Shown: positions 12,721-24,747 of the stretch, in pieces
How the letters are laid out: each line of letters starts with the position of its first letter
Position numbering within the stretch: the first letter of the stretch is position 1
Source of the DNA: Octopus bimaculoides
Taxonomy: Eukaryota
Assembly: GCF_001194135.2 (NCBI RefSeq)
Contig: NC_068999.1
Span: forward strand, 11,221,360 to 11,266,276
DNA length: 44,917 nt
Direction: 5' to 3'
Translations under genes and position numbers: made by a program
The notes under the pieces: model-generated
What the model was told of the DNA's origin: nothing
What the model saw: only the letters and a program-made list of their open reading frames with translations
Databases searched by the model: none

Positions 12721-12959
12721 AGGTGTTTGAGAGACAGTGAATATAAATGAATTACAATTCGTTTAAATATATCTTATAAGTCAGATGAAAGAAGAAATGT
12801 GAAGCTGTATGTATGTCTGTGTGCATATGTAGGTTTATGTATGTATGTGTGTATGTATGTATACATGTATGTATGTATGTATGTATGTATGTATGTATGT
12901 ATTTATGTATGTATATATGTATGTGTATATATATATATACATATAAATANNNNNNNNNN

Positions 12960-13030
<71 letters not shown>

Positions 13031-13145
13031 ATATATATATGATTGAGTGTGTATATATGTGTGTGTGTGTGTGTATGTATGTATGCCTGTATGGCGCGTG
13101 TGCGCGTATCTACATCTCAATTTAAGTACCTAATTCAACGGAATC

Positions 13146-13191
<46 letters not shown>

Positions 13192-14116
13192 CTACGTGTT
13201 ANNNNNNNNNNNNNNNNNNNNNNNNNNNNNNNNNNNNNNNNNNNNNNNNNNNNNNNNNNNNNNNNNNNNNNNNNNNNNNNNNNNNNNNNNNNNNNNNNNN
13301 NNNNNNNNNNNNNNNNNNNNNNNNNNNNNNNNNNNNNNNNNNNNNNNNNNNNNNNNNNNNNNNNNNNNNNNNNNNNNNNNNNNNNNNNNNNNNNNNNNNN
13401 NNNNNNNNNNNNNNNNNNNNNNNNNNNNNNNNNNNNNNNNNNNNNNNNNNNNNNNNNNNNNNNNNNNNNNNNNNNNNNNNNNNNNNNNNNNNNNNNNNNN
13501 NNNNNNNNNNNNNNNNNNNNNNNNNNNNNNNNNNNNNNNNNNNNNNNNNNNNNNNNNNNNNNNNTATATATACATACATACATACATACATAAATGTATG
13601 TATATATGCGTATGTCTGTATATATGCATGTATACCTACGTATGTGGGCGTTCGAATATTGTTTTATATATCACGAGTTTAGTTCTTTATATCATCCTTA
13701 CATAATTTTGGTTAATTTTTTCCAACTCTTTTGTTACAACGCACGAAATTTCCCTGTATTGAGTTCCTCGATTAATTATCTTTTTATTTGCTGGGAGAGA
13801 AGGAAAGAATAGTACCCAAGTCTCTGCGTTCGTTGTAGAAAACTGGAAAGTTTCATGTTATTGATACGCCCGATCAACCTGTGTACTTCAGCGCCTATAT
13901 AAATTATGCTTAGAGAAAGAACTCCCAAGTGTGGTTTTCTGGGAAGAGAAATTGTCATAATGGTTACAGCAGATGCAGAAGATTGGTGGGGCATTATTGC
14001 CCTTCCGAAGGTGGCCTAATCGAGGCAAATCCAAATGTTAAAGAACTTGTTAAAAATGTTGGAAATGACAGTTGAGCCTTCTATTATGTCTTTGTGCCTG
14101 AGGCTGTATCATGTCC

Positions 14117-14185
<69 letters not shown>
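14117..14185. repeat. (ATCT)n tetranucleotide microsatellite
   Basis: Perfect run, about 17 units. Confidence 0.95.
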
Positions 14186-14390
14186 CCCGTCTCTCTCTCT
14201 CTGTCTGCTGTTTGTCTGTCTCTCTGTTCTGTCCATCTGTCTCTCTCTCTCTTTCTCCCTCTCTCTTAGGCAGTCTCTCTATCTCTCCATCTAAAATTCA
14301 TCTGTCAGTTTATTTAACCATATACCTATCTACCTATCTATCTTTCCCTTTCTCTTTCATTCCTTCTCTCTCTCTCTCTACATACACGCG

Positions 14391-14436
<46 letters not shown>

Positions 14437-15829
14437 ATTATCTTTATCTATCTATGTAAGTATCTATCTATGAATCCATCTACCTATTTATTAATCTACA
14501 CACACACACCCACCCACACACACACACACACACATACAAACAAACACACACACATACATACCTTGAATTCCGTTCTGGTTGTGGTTCAGTGAAAAATGCG
14601 AGTTTTCAAGATGTTTAATTAATAGATTTTATTGACATGTTTCAATATGCGTATGTCTATTGGGAGAGGTTGATACAGGAGAGTTTGAAGTAGTGGAAAG
14701 ATGGACGTAGACCGAAATATATATAATAAATTTGTTTACGAGGATAAATATTAAATTTAGATATAATGCAAAAATATTGGTGTTACAAAGTATATGTTTT
14801 CTATGCACTTATGCGTTTATAGTCGACGGAAGGCGTTCTATAAACCATACATAATTGGTGATATAGAAAGTGTCTACATTTTCCTATTAGTTCTTATCAT
14901 GTGCATGCATAGAGCTTTTGTTTGAGAATATTATTTTTTTAGAACCTTCTCTTAATTTCTGTATATAACTTTACCTGATTTACAACGAATGTGAGAAAGG
15001 ATGATTGGATTTTTTTATTTATTTATCTAATACATATTTTCTAATGGTTTTGTCTTTGTTCTCATATACCGTCGTCAAATTTTTAATGTTTAAATTATTT
15101 TATCGTTTGGACTCTTTTATTCCAACTCAATCTTCTTGCGTCGTTCAGTTACTAGTGTCAATTTTTGTGTCTTTCACATTCACACACCGATACCTAAGAT
15201 AAAGGAATATAAATCATGTTTAAGTTTAACATTTTTCCGGTAATCTTCTTAATAATGCATTGCATATTTCATCAACATGAATAGCAGAATTGAGAAAAAG
15301 ATAATTCTAAGTCTACTTGGGAGCGTTTATTCAATTGGTCGAAGCGGCAGTTTGAAAACAGTATCAATACTTCTGTATAATATTTCTGTTACCTCTCAAT
15401 ACCATGCAAACGTAAAGTACTTGGACATAGAGACAGTGAAAATATCTGTAGCTTGTTTGATATAATAACACAACTTGCTCTATATCCATTGCGTGAACTT
15501 TACTCACGATGCCTTCAAGATGTATAAAAATAATTTCAAGTTCAGGGCTGTAAGTTTAGTGAATTTGATAGGGTGCCGGACGCGATAGCTCGTGGTCTTC
15601 TTTCAAGATTTTGTGTCTTGAATTTTTTGGTTGTAGACTTTATCTTCCGTACAGTTTAACTGTGTTCTTTGTTGTCTTTAGCGTTGCATTCTGTTGTTAG
15701 CACTTGGATAACGATTACGACTTTATTGTAATGTCATCCTTTTTGTACCAGCATTAGACGCACTGAAAAGATCCAACGCTAAAAATAAGTAAGAAAGGAA
15801 AAATATGGATCATGAGTAAAATGAATTAA

Positions 15830-16740
15830 TGACGAAAATACAAGATAGGAAGACACCCGAATTGGGTGACAGAGTGACAGAAAGGACTTAGTGAGAAATA
15901 AATGAGATAAAAACAAATTGCAGAATATAATTAGAAATAGGAGAGAGAGACAGATATTAAAATACCAAGAAACTGGGAGGAAGAGAGAAATAAAGATTGT
16001 CAGAGAGAAAAAGTAACAGAGAATATATTACAATGAGGTAGAGAAAGTTTTGAAAAGAAAGAATTAAATAATAATGGCGTATATAAGAGAAAATAACCGA
16101 AAATGAAAGTAAAATGTAAAGTAGAAAATTGAATAAAGAAGAGCAATCAATATTGTCTTTTTGAGTCTGTGTGTGTGTGTGTGTGTATGTGTGCGTGAGT
16201 GAGTGAGAGGAAGAGAGAGAGAGGGGGAGTAGGAGAAATGGAGAGAGTTAGACAGAGAGAGGATAAAGCGAAACGCAAAATTGGTGGCAAAATTGAGAGA
16301 CAGGTTTCGATTTTTGAAAAAAAATTGAAGTAGAAAAATAAAATGATAGAAGAAAAAGTGAATATTTAAGTAATGAGAGAGAGAGGTTATAGAGAGATAG
16401 AGAGATGGAGAGACAGACAGACAAAGAGAGAGGAAATGAACGAGTGGTTGAGTATGAGATTAAATGTGAGAATAGGAGTATGATTGAATGGGTGATTGAA
16501 GGACCAAAGGAGGGAATAGGTGAGGGCGTATGTATATGAGAAAGGGAGAGGGGATGGAGCAGACAGTCGAAGAAAATGGAGCAGGGAAAGATAAATACAA
16601 AGAAAGAGAGAAAGCGGGGTGGAAAGAGAGAGAAAAGAGAGGGAGAGAGAGAGAAATGAGAGAGAGAGAGAGAGAGAAAAGAGAGAGAGAGAGAGGGAGA
16701 GAATAAAGCAGAAAGAGATAGTAAGAGATAGTGATGATTT
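15830..16740. repeat. Long GA-rich purine-biased low-complexity tract
   Basis: About 900 bp strongly A/G-biased on +, with one short T/GT interruption near 16150-16200. Confidence 0.8.
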
Positions 16741-17017
16741 ATAATACTTGCAAATTAAGCAGAAGATGACGCGTGAACAACTTCAATGTGGGGTTTCACG
16801 TGTTTCTTACATGCAAAGATGAAAGACAAAAAGAGATATTAGAAAAAAATGAAATATAAAAAAAGAAAGAAAAACAAGAAAAAAACAAGCGTGCGGAAGA
16901 AGAATACACAAATTTAAAAAAAAAAAAAATATAACATATTGAGAAAGAAAAAAAAAACACCACCAGCACTGACAACAACAGACAAGTCAAAGAACAAAAA
17001 TAAAAAAAATCTGAAAG

Positions 17018-17061
17018 ATGAATAATAATGATAATAATAATAAGAATAATGATATGAATAC

Positions 17062-17123
<62 letters not shown>

Positions 17124-17263
17124 TTGATTATGATGATGATCATGATGAAGACGACGATATTAATGATGATGATGATGATGGTGATGATGATATTAATAAT
17201 AATAATAATAATAATAACAACAATAATAATAATAATAATAATAATAATTATAATAATAATAAT

Positions 17264-17325
<62 letters not shown>

Positions 17326-17335
17326 TAATAATAAA
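17018..17335. repeat. (AAT)n/(GAT)n compound microsatellite
   Basis: Direct reading; accounts for the poly-N/D and poly-I ORFs. Confidence 0.95.
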
Positions 17336-17635
17336 CAAAATCCGATCTCAGAAATACATAAAAAAAACAATCAGAACAACATTAGCAACAAGAACGACAA
17401 GATATTCTGCGAACGTATGTTAAGAAAGATGATGTTGTATAAAAATTTATTCATTAGCAAAATTGTATTTTAAAAAAAAAGAAAAGAAAAGTGAAATCAT
17501 AAAATAGAGATTTGAGTCTTCGTGATTTGAGTCATTGCACTGCAGCCTTGCTAGTGGGCAGGGCCAAACTCTTCCAGGGATGTAAGCAAAAATTTTAATC
17601 CAGAACACAATTTGTCGCCATTATTATAGAGATAC

Positions 17636-17836
17636 AGGCGATGAGATGGCAGAATCGTTATCACGTTGGACGAAATGCTTAGAGTATTTCGCTCGTCACT
17701 ACGTTCGTAGTTCAAATTCCGCCGAGGTCGACTTTACCTTTCTGGGTAGATGAATTAAGTACCAGTTGAAAACTGGGATGATGTAATTGACTTATTCCTT
17801 CCCCAAAACTGCTGCACTTGTGGGAATATTTAAAAG
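17636..17836 (+). mobile_element. Octopus-type SINE, near full length
   Basis: AGGCGATGAGATGGCAGAATCGTTATCACG...GTTCAAATTCCGCCGAGGTCGACTTTACCTTT...AAGTACCAGTTGAAAACTGGG. Confidence 0.85.
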
Positions 17837-18927
17837 CAGTATTATGCAGATACACCGAGCAAAAATACAATTCAAAGATGCAAAAACATGCACTCATATG
17901 CACATATTTTTGAGACATACATATATATGGAATGTAAGGATAAACAGAGGCATCCATGCACACATATATGCAAAAATCTTTACATATCCCATCAAAGATC
18001 AGCGGTTTTGGTGGGACATTATCTTGCAGAATTTTGTCGGGCAAATGGGTCTCAAAGCTTTATTTGAATCTTAAACTTAATTCAATTGATGTTTTTGATC
18101 TAACTTATAAGAAGCCAAAACCGGTTGACAATGGCGGTATGATACACACAAAGAGAAAGACACATTCACATACACATACATACATACATTCATACATTCA
18201 TACATATACATACATGCTTTCGCGCACACTCACACGTACACACATACATACACGCACATATATATGTAGCCGACAGACTTGCACACTTCTTTTCCAAATT
18301 CACATGATAGCTTCTATTTCTCATTTACTGATTTACGTACATATTCCTGAAGGACACTATTTGTCTCACATACGAAGCCATTATCAAACATTATGTTTTT
18401 CGAAGAAATTCCCTATTCCCAGTGAACTACATTGCTCATTAAGGTAACACAACTGAACTCACCTGTAATGCTCTTATACTATCAGCTTGAAACTGTATAA
18501 GTGTACAAGGTAAAGAAATATTGGTATAGTTTACATTAATATTGTTCTTAATGACTTTCTCATTAATTTTCCAAAGGTGCCTTTACAAATAATCATCTCT
18601 TATTCTTCCTTGTGAATATTATATCTGAAAGACCTGATTGCAAAATATACTTTCTATGGGCATGTTTGAAAACATTCACCTGTATATATGATGTGTATAT
18701 ACATGTATACACAGCATGAAAGAAATAAACTTTTTCTTAGCATTTAACGAACCTTACGTTTTGTCTGTCAGCTCTATATAAGTACGCTTCAAGATTTCTA
18801 CTCTATCACCGTGCGAGAAGATTTAATGAGAACTCTATTCCATGTAGTTATTATCCTTTCTTCGTAGATCAATTTGAAAACAATATCAGAGGAGGTCAAC
18901 TGTGCAAATAATGTCAATTTTCTAATG

Positions 18928-19058
18928 CAGGCACAAGATCAGGAAATTTGAGGAGATACATCCTTAATTTGACACCAGTATTTGATCAGAACTCGAGTGT
19001 ATTGGATACAAATGGACGAAAACTGAAATGACCCCAATGAGATTTGAACTCTGAAAGT
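18928..19058 (-). mobile_element. Highly degraded SINE
   Basis: Residual GCACAAG..GAAATTTGAGG and GATTTGAACTCTGAA blocks match the family. Confidence 0.4.
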
Positions 19059-20194
19059 GAAAAATGTCGCAACTTTCTGTTTCCAAAATTTGCTACATTT
19101 CACCTACAGAGGAAGAAATACGACATCAGAGGAAGAAATACGACATATAAGTCTATTTGCACGTAATCTGATATAATGGTAGGTCATTCAGGATGACCCT
19201 TGGAGAAATGCTTAAGACACAACTCTCCCTTACTCACCATCTCTGGAACCTAGCAAAATATTTTGCTCCCTGTAAAGACATTTATTTCTGACAAGATTTG
19301 CTTGTCAAGATGGGTGCATGAAATGAGGTGGATGATTATATCAGCAAGATATTTTGAAAACTTTATGTCTGAATCAAAGTACAATTTCAAAGCATGCACC
19401 GTACCATACAAAAAAATAATCATGCTTGAGCCATGAAGTAAAATTTATCATTACTGCTAACCGAAATATCGTGTACCTACAAATTAAAAGGGGAAACCAA
19501 TTAACAACAGTCTAAATATTAAAAGCCCTTTGGCTAATTTGTGCGCTCCTAACCGTTTTTATACTGTCTTCATTCCATCCTTAATTTTTCTCGGGATATA
19601 CCCAAAATGCGTAAGCAGTTAACACTAAAATACCTCTACAAGTGAAAATACAATACAACTCCACAAATTCTTTACTTCATACATTCATGTTATCTCACTT
19701 TACGGGTGTGGGACTCCGGGTAATCTACATAGTAGAATATTTAAACCCACAAATGCCAGACTTCATTGATATGCACAGTGTTTACGTTGTTTTACATGTA
19801 TTGAACACTAACACCCTGAGAGATCACTGCCCTTATTTCTGTCAATGATTAGGGCATGATTTTGGTCGAAATCTTATGATGCTTTAGGATATAACGTTAA
19901 AAATATATTTCTTTACTTTTTGGTTAATATTTAATCTATTTTCATCGATGTTCTCAAAGTAAAGATGTTGATATTTAATATTTTAAAATATATAATTGTG
20001 TAGACATTATAATGGAGAGCAGTATTTAAATGTTACTTTATTTTATCCGCTCCACGTTCGCGAGAAGCTCGAATGAGAAGCTGTTCTCCACATTGGCTGG
20101 ATTTGAAATCAGATCATAAAGTGCTGGAATTAATGAAAAGAATATATAAAAATAAACAAGTAGGGGAATGTGATTGATATACTCAAGTTTAAAA

Positions 20195-20215
20195 TGACGA
20201 TGATGATGATGATGG

Positions 20216-20246
<31 letters not shown>

Positions 20247-20545
20247 ATCAGCGACGATGACGACGGCGATGATGATGGTGATGATGATGACGCGGACGAT
20301 GATGATGAAGGTGATGAGGATAGTGATGATGATGATGATGAATATGATGGTGACGTTAATGATGATGATGACTATGTTGAACTTCAAGGTGATGCAGAAG
20401 TTTAAGTACACATCTAAATTAGTAAAATGAAAAAAAATTAATATGATCGTGATGAGAAATAAGGAATAATAATGTGATGGCGATTACGATGACGACGACG
20501 ATGACAATGACGACGATGACGACGATGATGGTGATGATGCCACTG
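20195..20545. repeat. (GAT)/(GAC)n microsatellite cluster
   Basis: Direct reading; accounts for the poly-M and poly-I ORFs. Confidence 0.9.
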
Positions 20546-21899
20546 TTGAGGATAAGGATGATAAGGAGGTGGAGGAAGCGGAGGCCGACAACGCTACGGC
20601 CACGAAGACACCGACAAGGTTGATGCCGACGAGGCTGATGCCGGAGAAATCAAATACTTATTGAAAGAACAAGAAAATAAAATTACTTCTGAAACTAAAA
20701 TAAAAAATAAAATAACATAAAAAACACAATTAAAACGATATTAGAGAAAGTGAAAGTAGAAAATGAAAAAAAAGAAATATAAAAATGAAAAAAAATGAAA
20801 ATAAAAATGAGCGAAAAATCAGAAAGTGAAAAACAAAATGAACACATCAAACATTGGTACTTTCACAGAACCCTACACCGCCCCCAAACTACATTAGCCC
20901 CTTCACCCACAAAATATTTGAAGCTGTACGCGATGGCCATCTCGTTACCCTTTCCACTTCATCTTGAAAATCTCACTTCACCGCTGTAACCTACCCGCCT
21001 TCAGCACGTTAGTGAACTCCGAGCGTATAATGGGCGAAACGCACGTCATGGATGATAACATTTATCGCATCTTCATTGAATCTTTATGCATAATGAGCTG
21101 AAAATTTGGAAATGTTATAGATGGCGGTGGTGGTAGTGGTAGTGTTTTATTGTTGCTGTATACGCTGTTGTTATTGTTGTTTTTGTTGCTGATAATGTAT
21201 CTGTGTGGGTGGTGTGAAGGTGGCACTGATGGTAGTTATCGGGTTGCAGGAGCTATTTTGTTGCCGGCATGGCGGTTCTAGTAGGGTCATTCGTTTGGTG
21301 GTGATGTTGGTGAGGGTGGAAATCTGTGTTTCAGGCTACGGCTAAGGCTATGATTCTGGTGGCGATGTTTGTGCTTATCGTAGGGATACAGGCATCCCTC
21401 GAGTTACGGCTTCCCCCGGTTCAGCATTGGAAATTAGAACCACAAATTTCGGGATGCGGTCAGTGATTTCACCCTTTGGAAACTTTGCTTATAATTTTAG
21501 GAACTTAACATTAATATTTTCATGTTAGCCGATCAAAGTAGTAAGCAATTTTACAACCTATGATCAGGTTACTTGTGTAATATGTGTGCGTGTGTATGAG
21601 CGTGTATATATGTGTGTATGCATGTGTATTAATGTAGTCGCGCGTGTGTGCATGGAGTGTGTACTCAAGTGAATGTTAATGTATGGGTCACCATAAACAA
21701 TTATGGAGCAAGAGGCAGAATTATCCGCACTTTATATCTGTAATTGTGTATATTTTCGTGTGTTAAAATGCATATCGATTCGTCAATCTATCTATGTTCA
21801 TGTGTCTGCCTGAAATTCTCCGTAACTACCTACCCATATATCTAGTGACCTAGCTCCCTGTCTTTCTGTCTGTCTGTCTGTGTGTTCACTCTTGCTCTC

Positions 21900-21964
<65 letters not shown>

Positions 21965-22152
21965 NNNNNNNNNNNNNNNNNNNNNNNNNNNNNNNNNNNN
22001 NNNNNNNNNNNNNNNNNNNNNNNNNNNNNNNNNNNNNNNNNNNNNNNNNNNNNNNNNNNNNNNNNNNNNNNNNNNNNNNNNNNNNNNNNNNNNNNNNNNN
22101 NNNNNNNNNNNNNNNNNNNNNNNNNNNNNNNNNNNNNNNNNNNNNNNNNNNN

Positions 22153-23145
22153 CTTAGTAAGTTAAACATTTTAGTTTCTGTCAAAAACCTTGATTTCTTG
22201 AAAATGTGATCCACTTGTTTATTTTTCAGGTAAATAGTGAACTGATACGAAAACAGAAAGTCATGGAACAACATAAGTGTTTAGCCATTGTTGCTGTAGC
22301 ATGTGCCAGGCACACTGCCTATAAAATTGTGAAGATCACGAAACTTCCAAAAGGAAGACTTTATCGTGTGTATAAACAATTTGAAAATGAGGGAAAGATT
22401 GATAGAATCGAACAAAAGACTCGAAGCTTCCAAGCGAAATCCAAAATTTCACGCTGATCTCAAACGCTCCATTGGGGGCCAACCCATCCACATTCATGAC
22501 AACTCTTGCAATGAAACGGTGTCCAGAGTTGTGAACAGGAGCCGTGGCATGACCAGCTATGTTCAACGACGCCATCACCTCCTAACAGCCAACGCCAAAT
22601 CAGTCAGAGCAGAGAGATACCTAAAGATTCTGTCATGCCTCAAACATCAAGCTACGAGAAAAACTTACATATTTGTGGACGAGAAGTTCACTGTGGACGT
22701 TGAGGTGAATCGCAGATATTCTTCAGTGATGGCGTGCAGCCCTGCTGACGTCCATTTCAATGTGTTTGAGACTAAGAAATCTGCCTCTGTGATGGTATTT
22801 GGAGCCATGTCGAGTGATGAAATTGTCATGAATCCATACTTCATTGTGTCTAGTTTGAAGTGTGGCACAAAGGAGTGTCTGGATATCCTGAGGGACTCTT
22901 TATTATCTTGGATGGAGCAGACGTTTGGGCTTGAAAATGCGGTGCTTGTACAAGATTCTGCACCATGCCATGGGTCTAAATCCACACAGGTCTTCATTGG
23001 TGATGTGGCATTTTTTGTGAGGCCCAGTAATAGCCCAGATCTCAAACTTCTCGATTACTTTTTATGGGGCGTACTTCAAGCAAGTACCAATGCTTCACCA
23101 CACTCGAGTGTCAACAGTTTGAAGAGCAGCATCTTGCGTGAGACA
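22153..23145 (+). mobile_element. ITm-superfamily DNA transposon fossil, maT/DD37D-like transposase pseudogene, 3'-truncated
   Basis: ATG at 22263 starts an HTH-like N-terminus (MEQHKCLAIV...RLYRVYKQFENEGKIDR). After frameshifts: IFVDEKFTVD...VNRR, SVMVFGAMSSD, VLVQDSAPCH, PSNSPDLKLLDYFLWGVLQ. The third catalytic residue is D (LDY). Spacing between the second and third D is 32 aa here, so about 5 aa would be deleted relative to DD37D (inference). Confidence 0.85.
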
Positions 23146-23236
23146 CACACATTCAAAAAATCTACAATACCCTATTCAGCCAGCCACATCCACCAGACAG
23201 GGTTTGCTTTTTTTCCAGTACATATTGATTTCAAAT

Positions 23237-23448
23237 TCTGGTACAAGGCAAGCGATTTAGGGGAAGGAGAATGTCAAGTACATGGAAACTAGTGCTCACC
23301 TGGTACTTATTTTATCGACCGCTAAAAGAGATGAGAGGCAAAGTCGACCTCAACGGAATTTGAACTCAGTACGTGAAGATGAAGATGGACGAAATGACAG
23401 TAAGCACTCTGTCCGTCGTGCTAAAGATCTTGCAAGTTTGCCGCCTTG
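23237..23448 (-). mobile_element. Octopus-type SINE just downstream of the truncated transposase
   Basis: CTGGTACTTATTTTATCGACC...GCAAAGTCGACCTCAACGGAATTTGAACTCAG...TGCCGCCTT is the reverse complement of the family. Confidence 0.8.
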
Positions 23449-23486
23449 TTTTTACTTTACATATTGAATCTGGTGAATATAATACG

Positions 23487-23679
23487 TAATTATTTAGCGG
23501 GCATTTCATCTGCCGGCTATGTTCTGAGTTAAAATTCCACCTAGGTCAACTTTGCTTTTCATCCTTTTGGGGTCGATGAAGAAAGTACCAGTTATGCACT
23601 AGAGTCGTTCTAAATGACAAGCCCCCAAAACAATTTCAAGGCCTTGTGCCAGAAATAGAAATAATTATTTAGCGGGCAT
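23487..23679 (+). mobile_element. 5'-truncated SINE with an 18-bp target-site duplication
   Basis: Body GTTCTGAGTTAAAATTCCACCTAGGTCAACTTTGC...AAGTACCAGTTATGCAC, flanked by TAATTATTTAGCGGGCAT at 23487-23504 and 23662-23679. Confidence 0.85.
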
Positions 23680-24164
23680 GAAATTATTTTCGGTGGGTTA
23701 AAGACAGTTGTATTGAGAATATGTCAGTGTGTGAAAAGCTTACAAACACCCTCCTTCAATGAAATTTGAAACACTGAAGGGTAAATGTCATATTTATGGA
23801 TCTAATTATAAGAACTTATTATATATGGTAAAATATGAACATATGCATAATTATATTTTTTGGCATACGTTTCTAGTCTCAGCAACGCAACGCATTTTGA
23901 ATTGTATAAGTTTTAATTTGTTGTTTCTGCTTGTACGTTTATGTGAATGTGGGCGGAATAAGGCGGGTATATAAACTCAATGTCGTGAATTAAACAGTTA
24001 TATACGCATAAATGAATGCACACGAACTTATGTAAAGATATATGTTAACGTAAACGATAAACAATTTTGGCTATATACACATTCCAGGTCATATGATTTT
24101 ATGTGCATGAGCCGGATATCAGTACTATTGTCAGAACATTTCGTTGGCACAATCTTTAGAGGGT

Positions 24165-24260
24165 AGCAACTTAAGCTTATGAGTTCAAATCCTACAAACA
24201 CCAAAGTTCCATTTCGTTACTTCTTGGTTGAGAAATAAAAAAGTACCAGATAGACACTAC
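24165..24260 (+). mobile_element. Degraded SINE fragment
   Basis: TGAGTTCAAATCC...GAGAAATAAAAAAGTACCAG...CACT blocks. Confidence 0.45.
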
Positions 24261-24693
24261 TGCTAATATAATCACCTGTCTCTGCCAAACAAGTATGGTA
24301 AAAATAATAACCTGTAGCAGTATTATACGCTACTCAACTCGTCAAACGCGCCAAATATTTGCCATGAGTTTCCTTAGAAATTTTCAGTTATAAACGACTT
24401 CGTAGTCCGAATTTCATTTTTAACGGTTAATTTGATTGAATAGTTTGCCAGTTTATGCTATACTTGGGTGTAATATATACTTGTAGTGAGTTTTATTAAA
24501 CCAAGTTTCACGTAACCGTATTGTACTATGTTTCTAAAGGCTCAAGTTGAAATGGGAACTGCAGCCAGAAAAATATCTATACAGAACAGACAAAAAAGGG
24601 AGACGAATGTATATGTATGTATGGGAGAATTTATGAAAAAAAAAACAACAGACGAAGACAGGTGGTGTAAACAACAATTGGATGTATTATTAT

Positions 24694-24747
24694 AACGCTC
24701 GGGAATACAGAAAGTCTTTAACGTTTCGAGCCTACGCTCATCAACTG
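24694..24747 (-). ncRNA. Second hammerhead-like motif (degenerate core), homologous to 7920-7976
   Basis: Minus strand: CAGTTGA-T-GAGC(GTAG)GCTC-GAAA-CGT...GCG-TT. On the + strand the flank GGATGTATTATT..ACGCTC.GGAA is shared with the 7920 copy. Confidence 0.45.

Noticed and set aside
13975-14020. CAGAAGA plus GGGCA-TTAT-TGCCC hairpin plus GAAG
   Set aside because: Both core halves deviate and stems I/III are missing; consistent with chance.
15502-15790. Minus-strand strong acceptor (about 15763) paired with ATC|GTGAGT donor (15507)
   Set aside because: All three frames contain stops; the shorter 40-nt version has a poor pyrimidine tract. A non-coding exon cannot be excluded.
17018-17473. 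151-aa poly-Asn/Asp ORF and overlapping poly-Ile ORFs
   Set aside because: Translation of AAT/GAT microsatellites; no splice or domain support.
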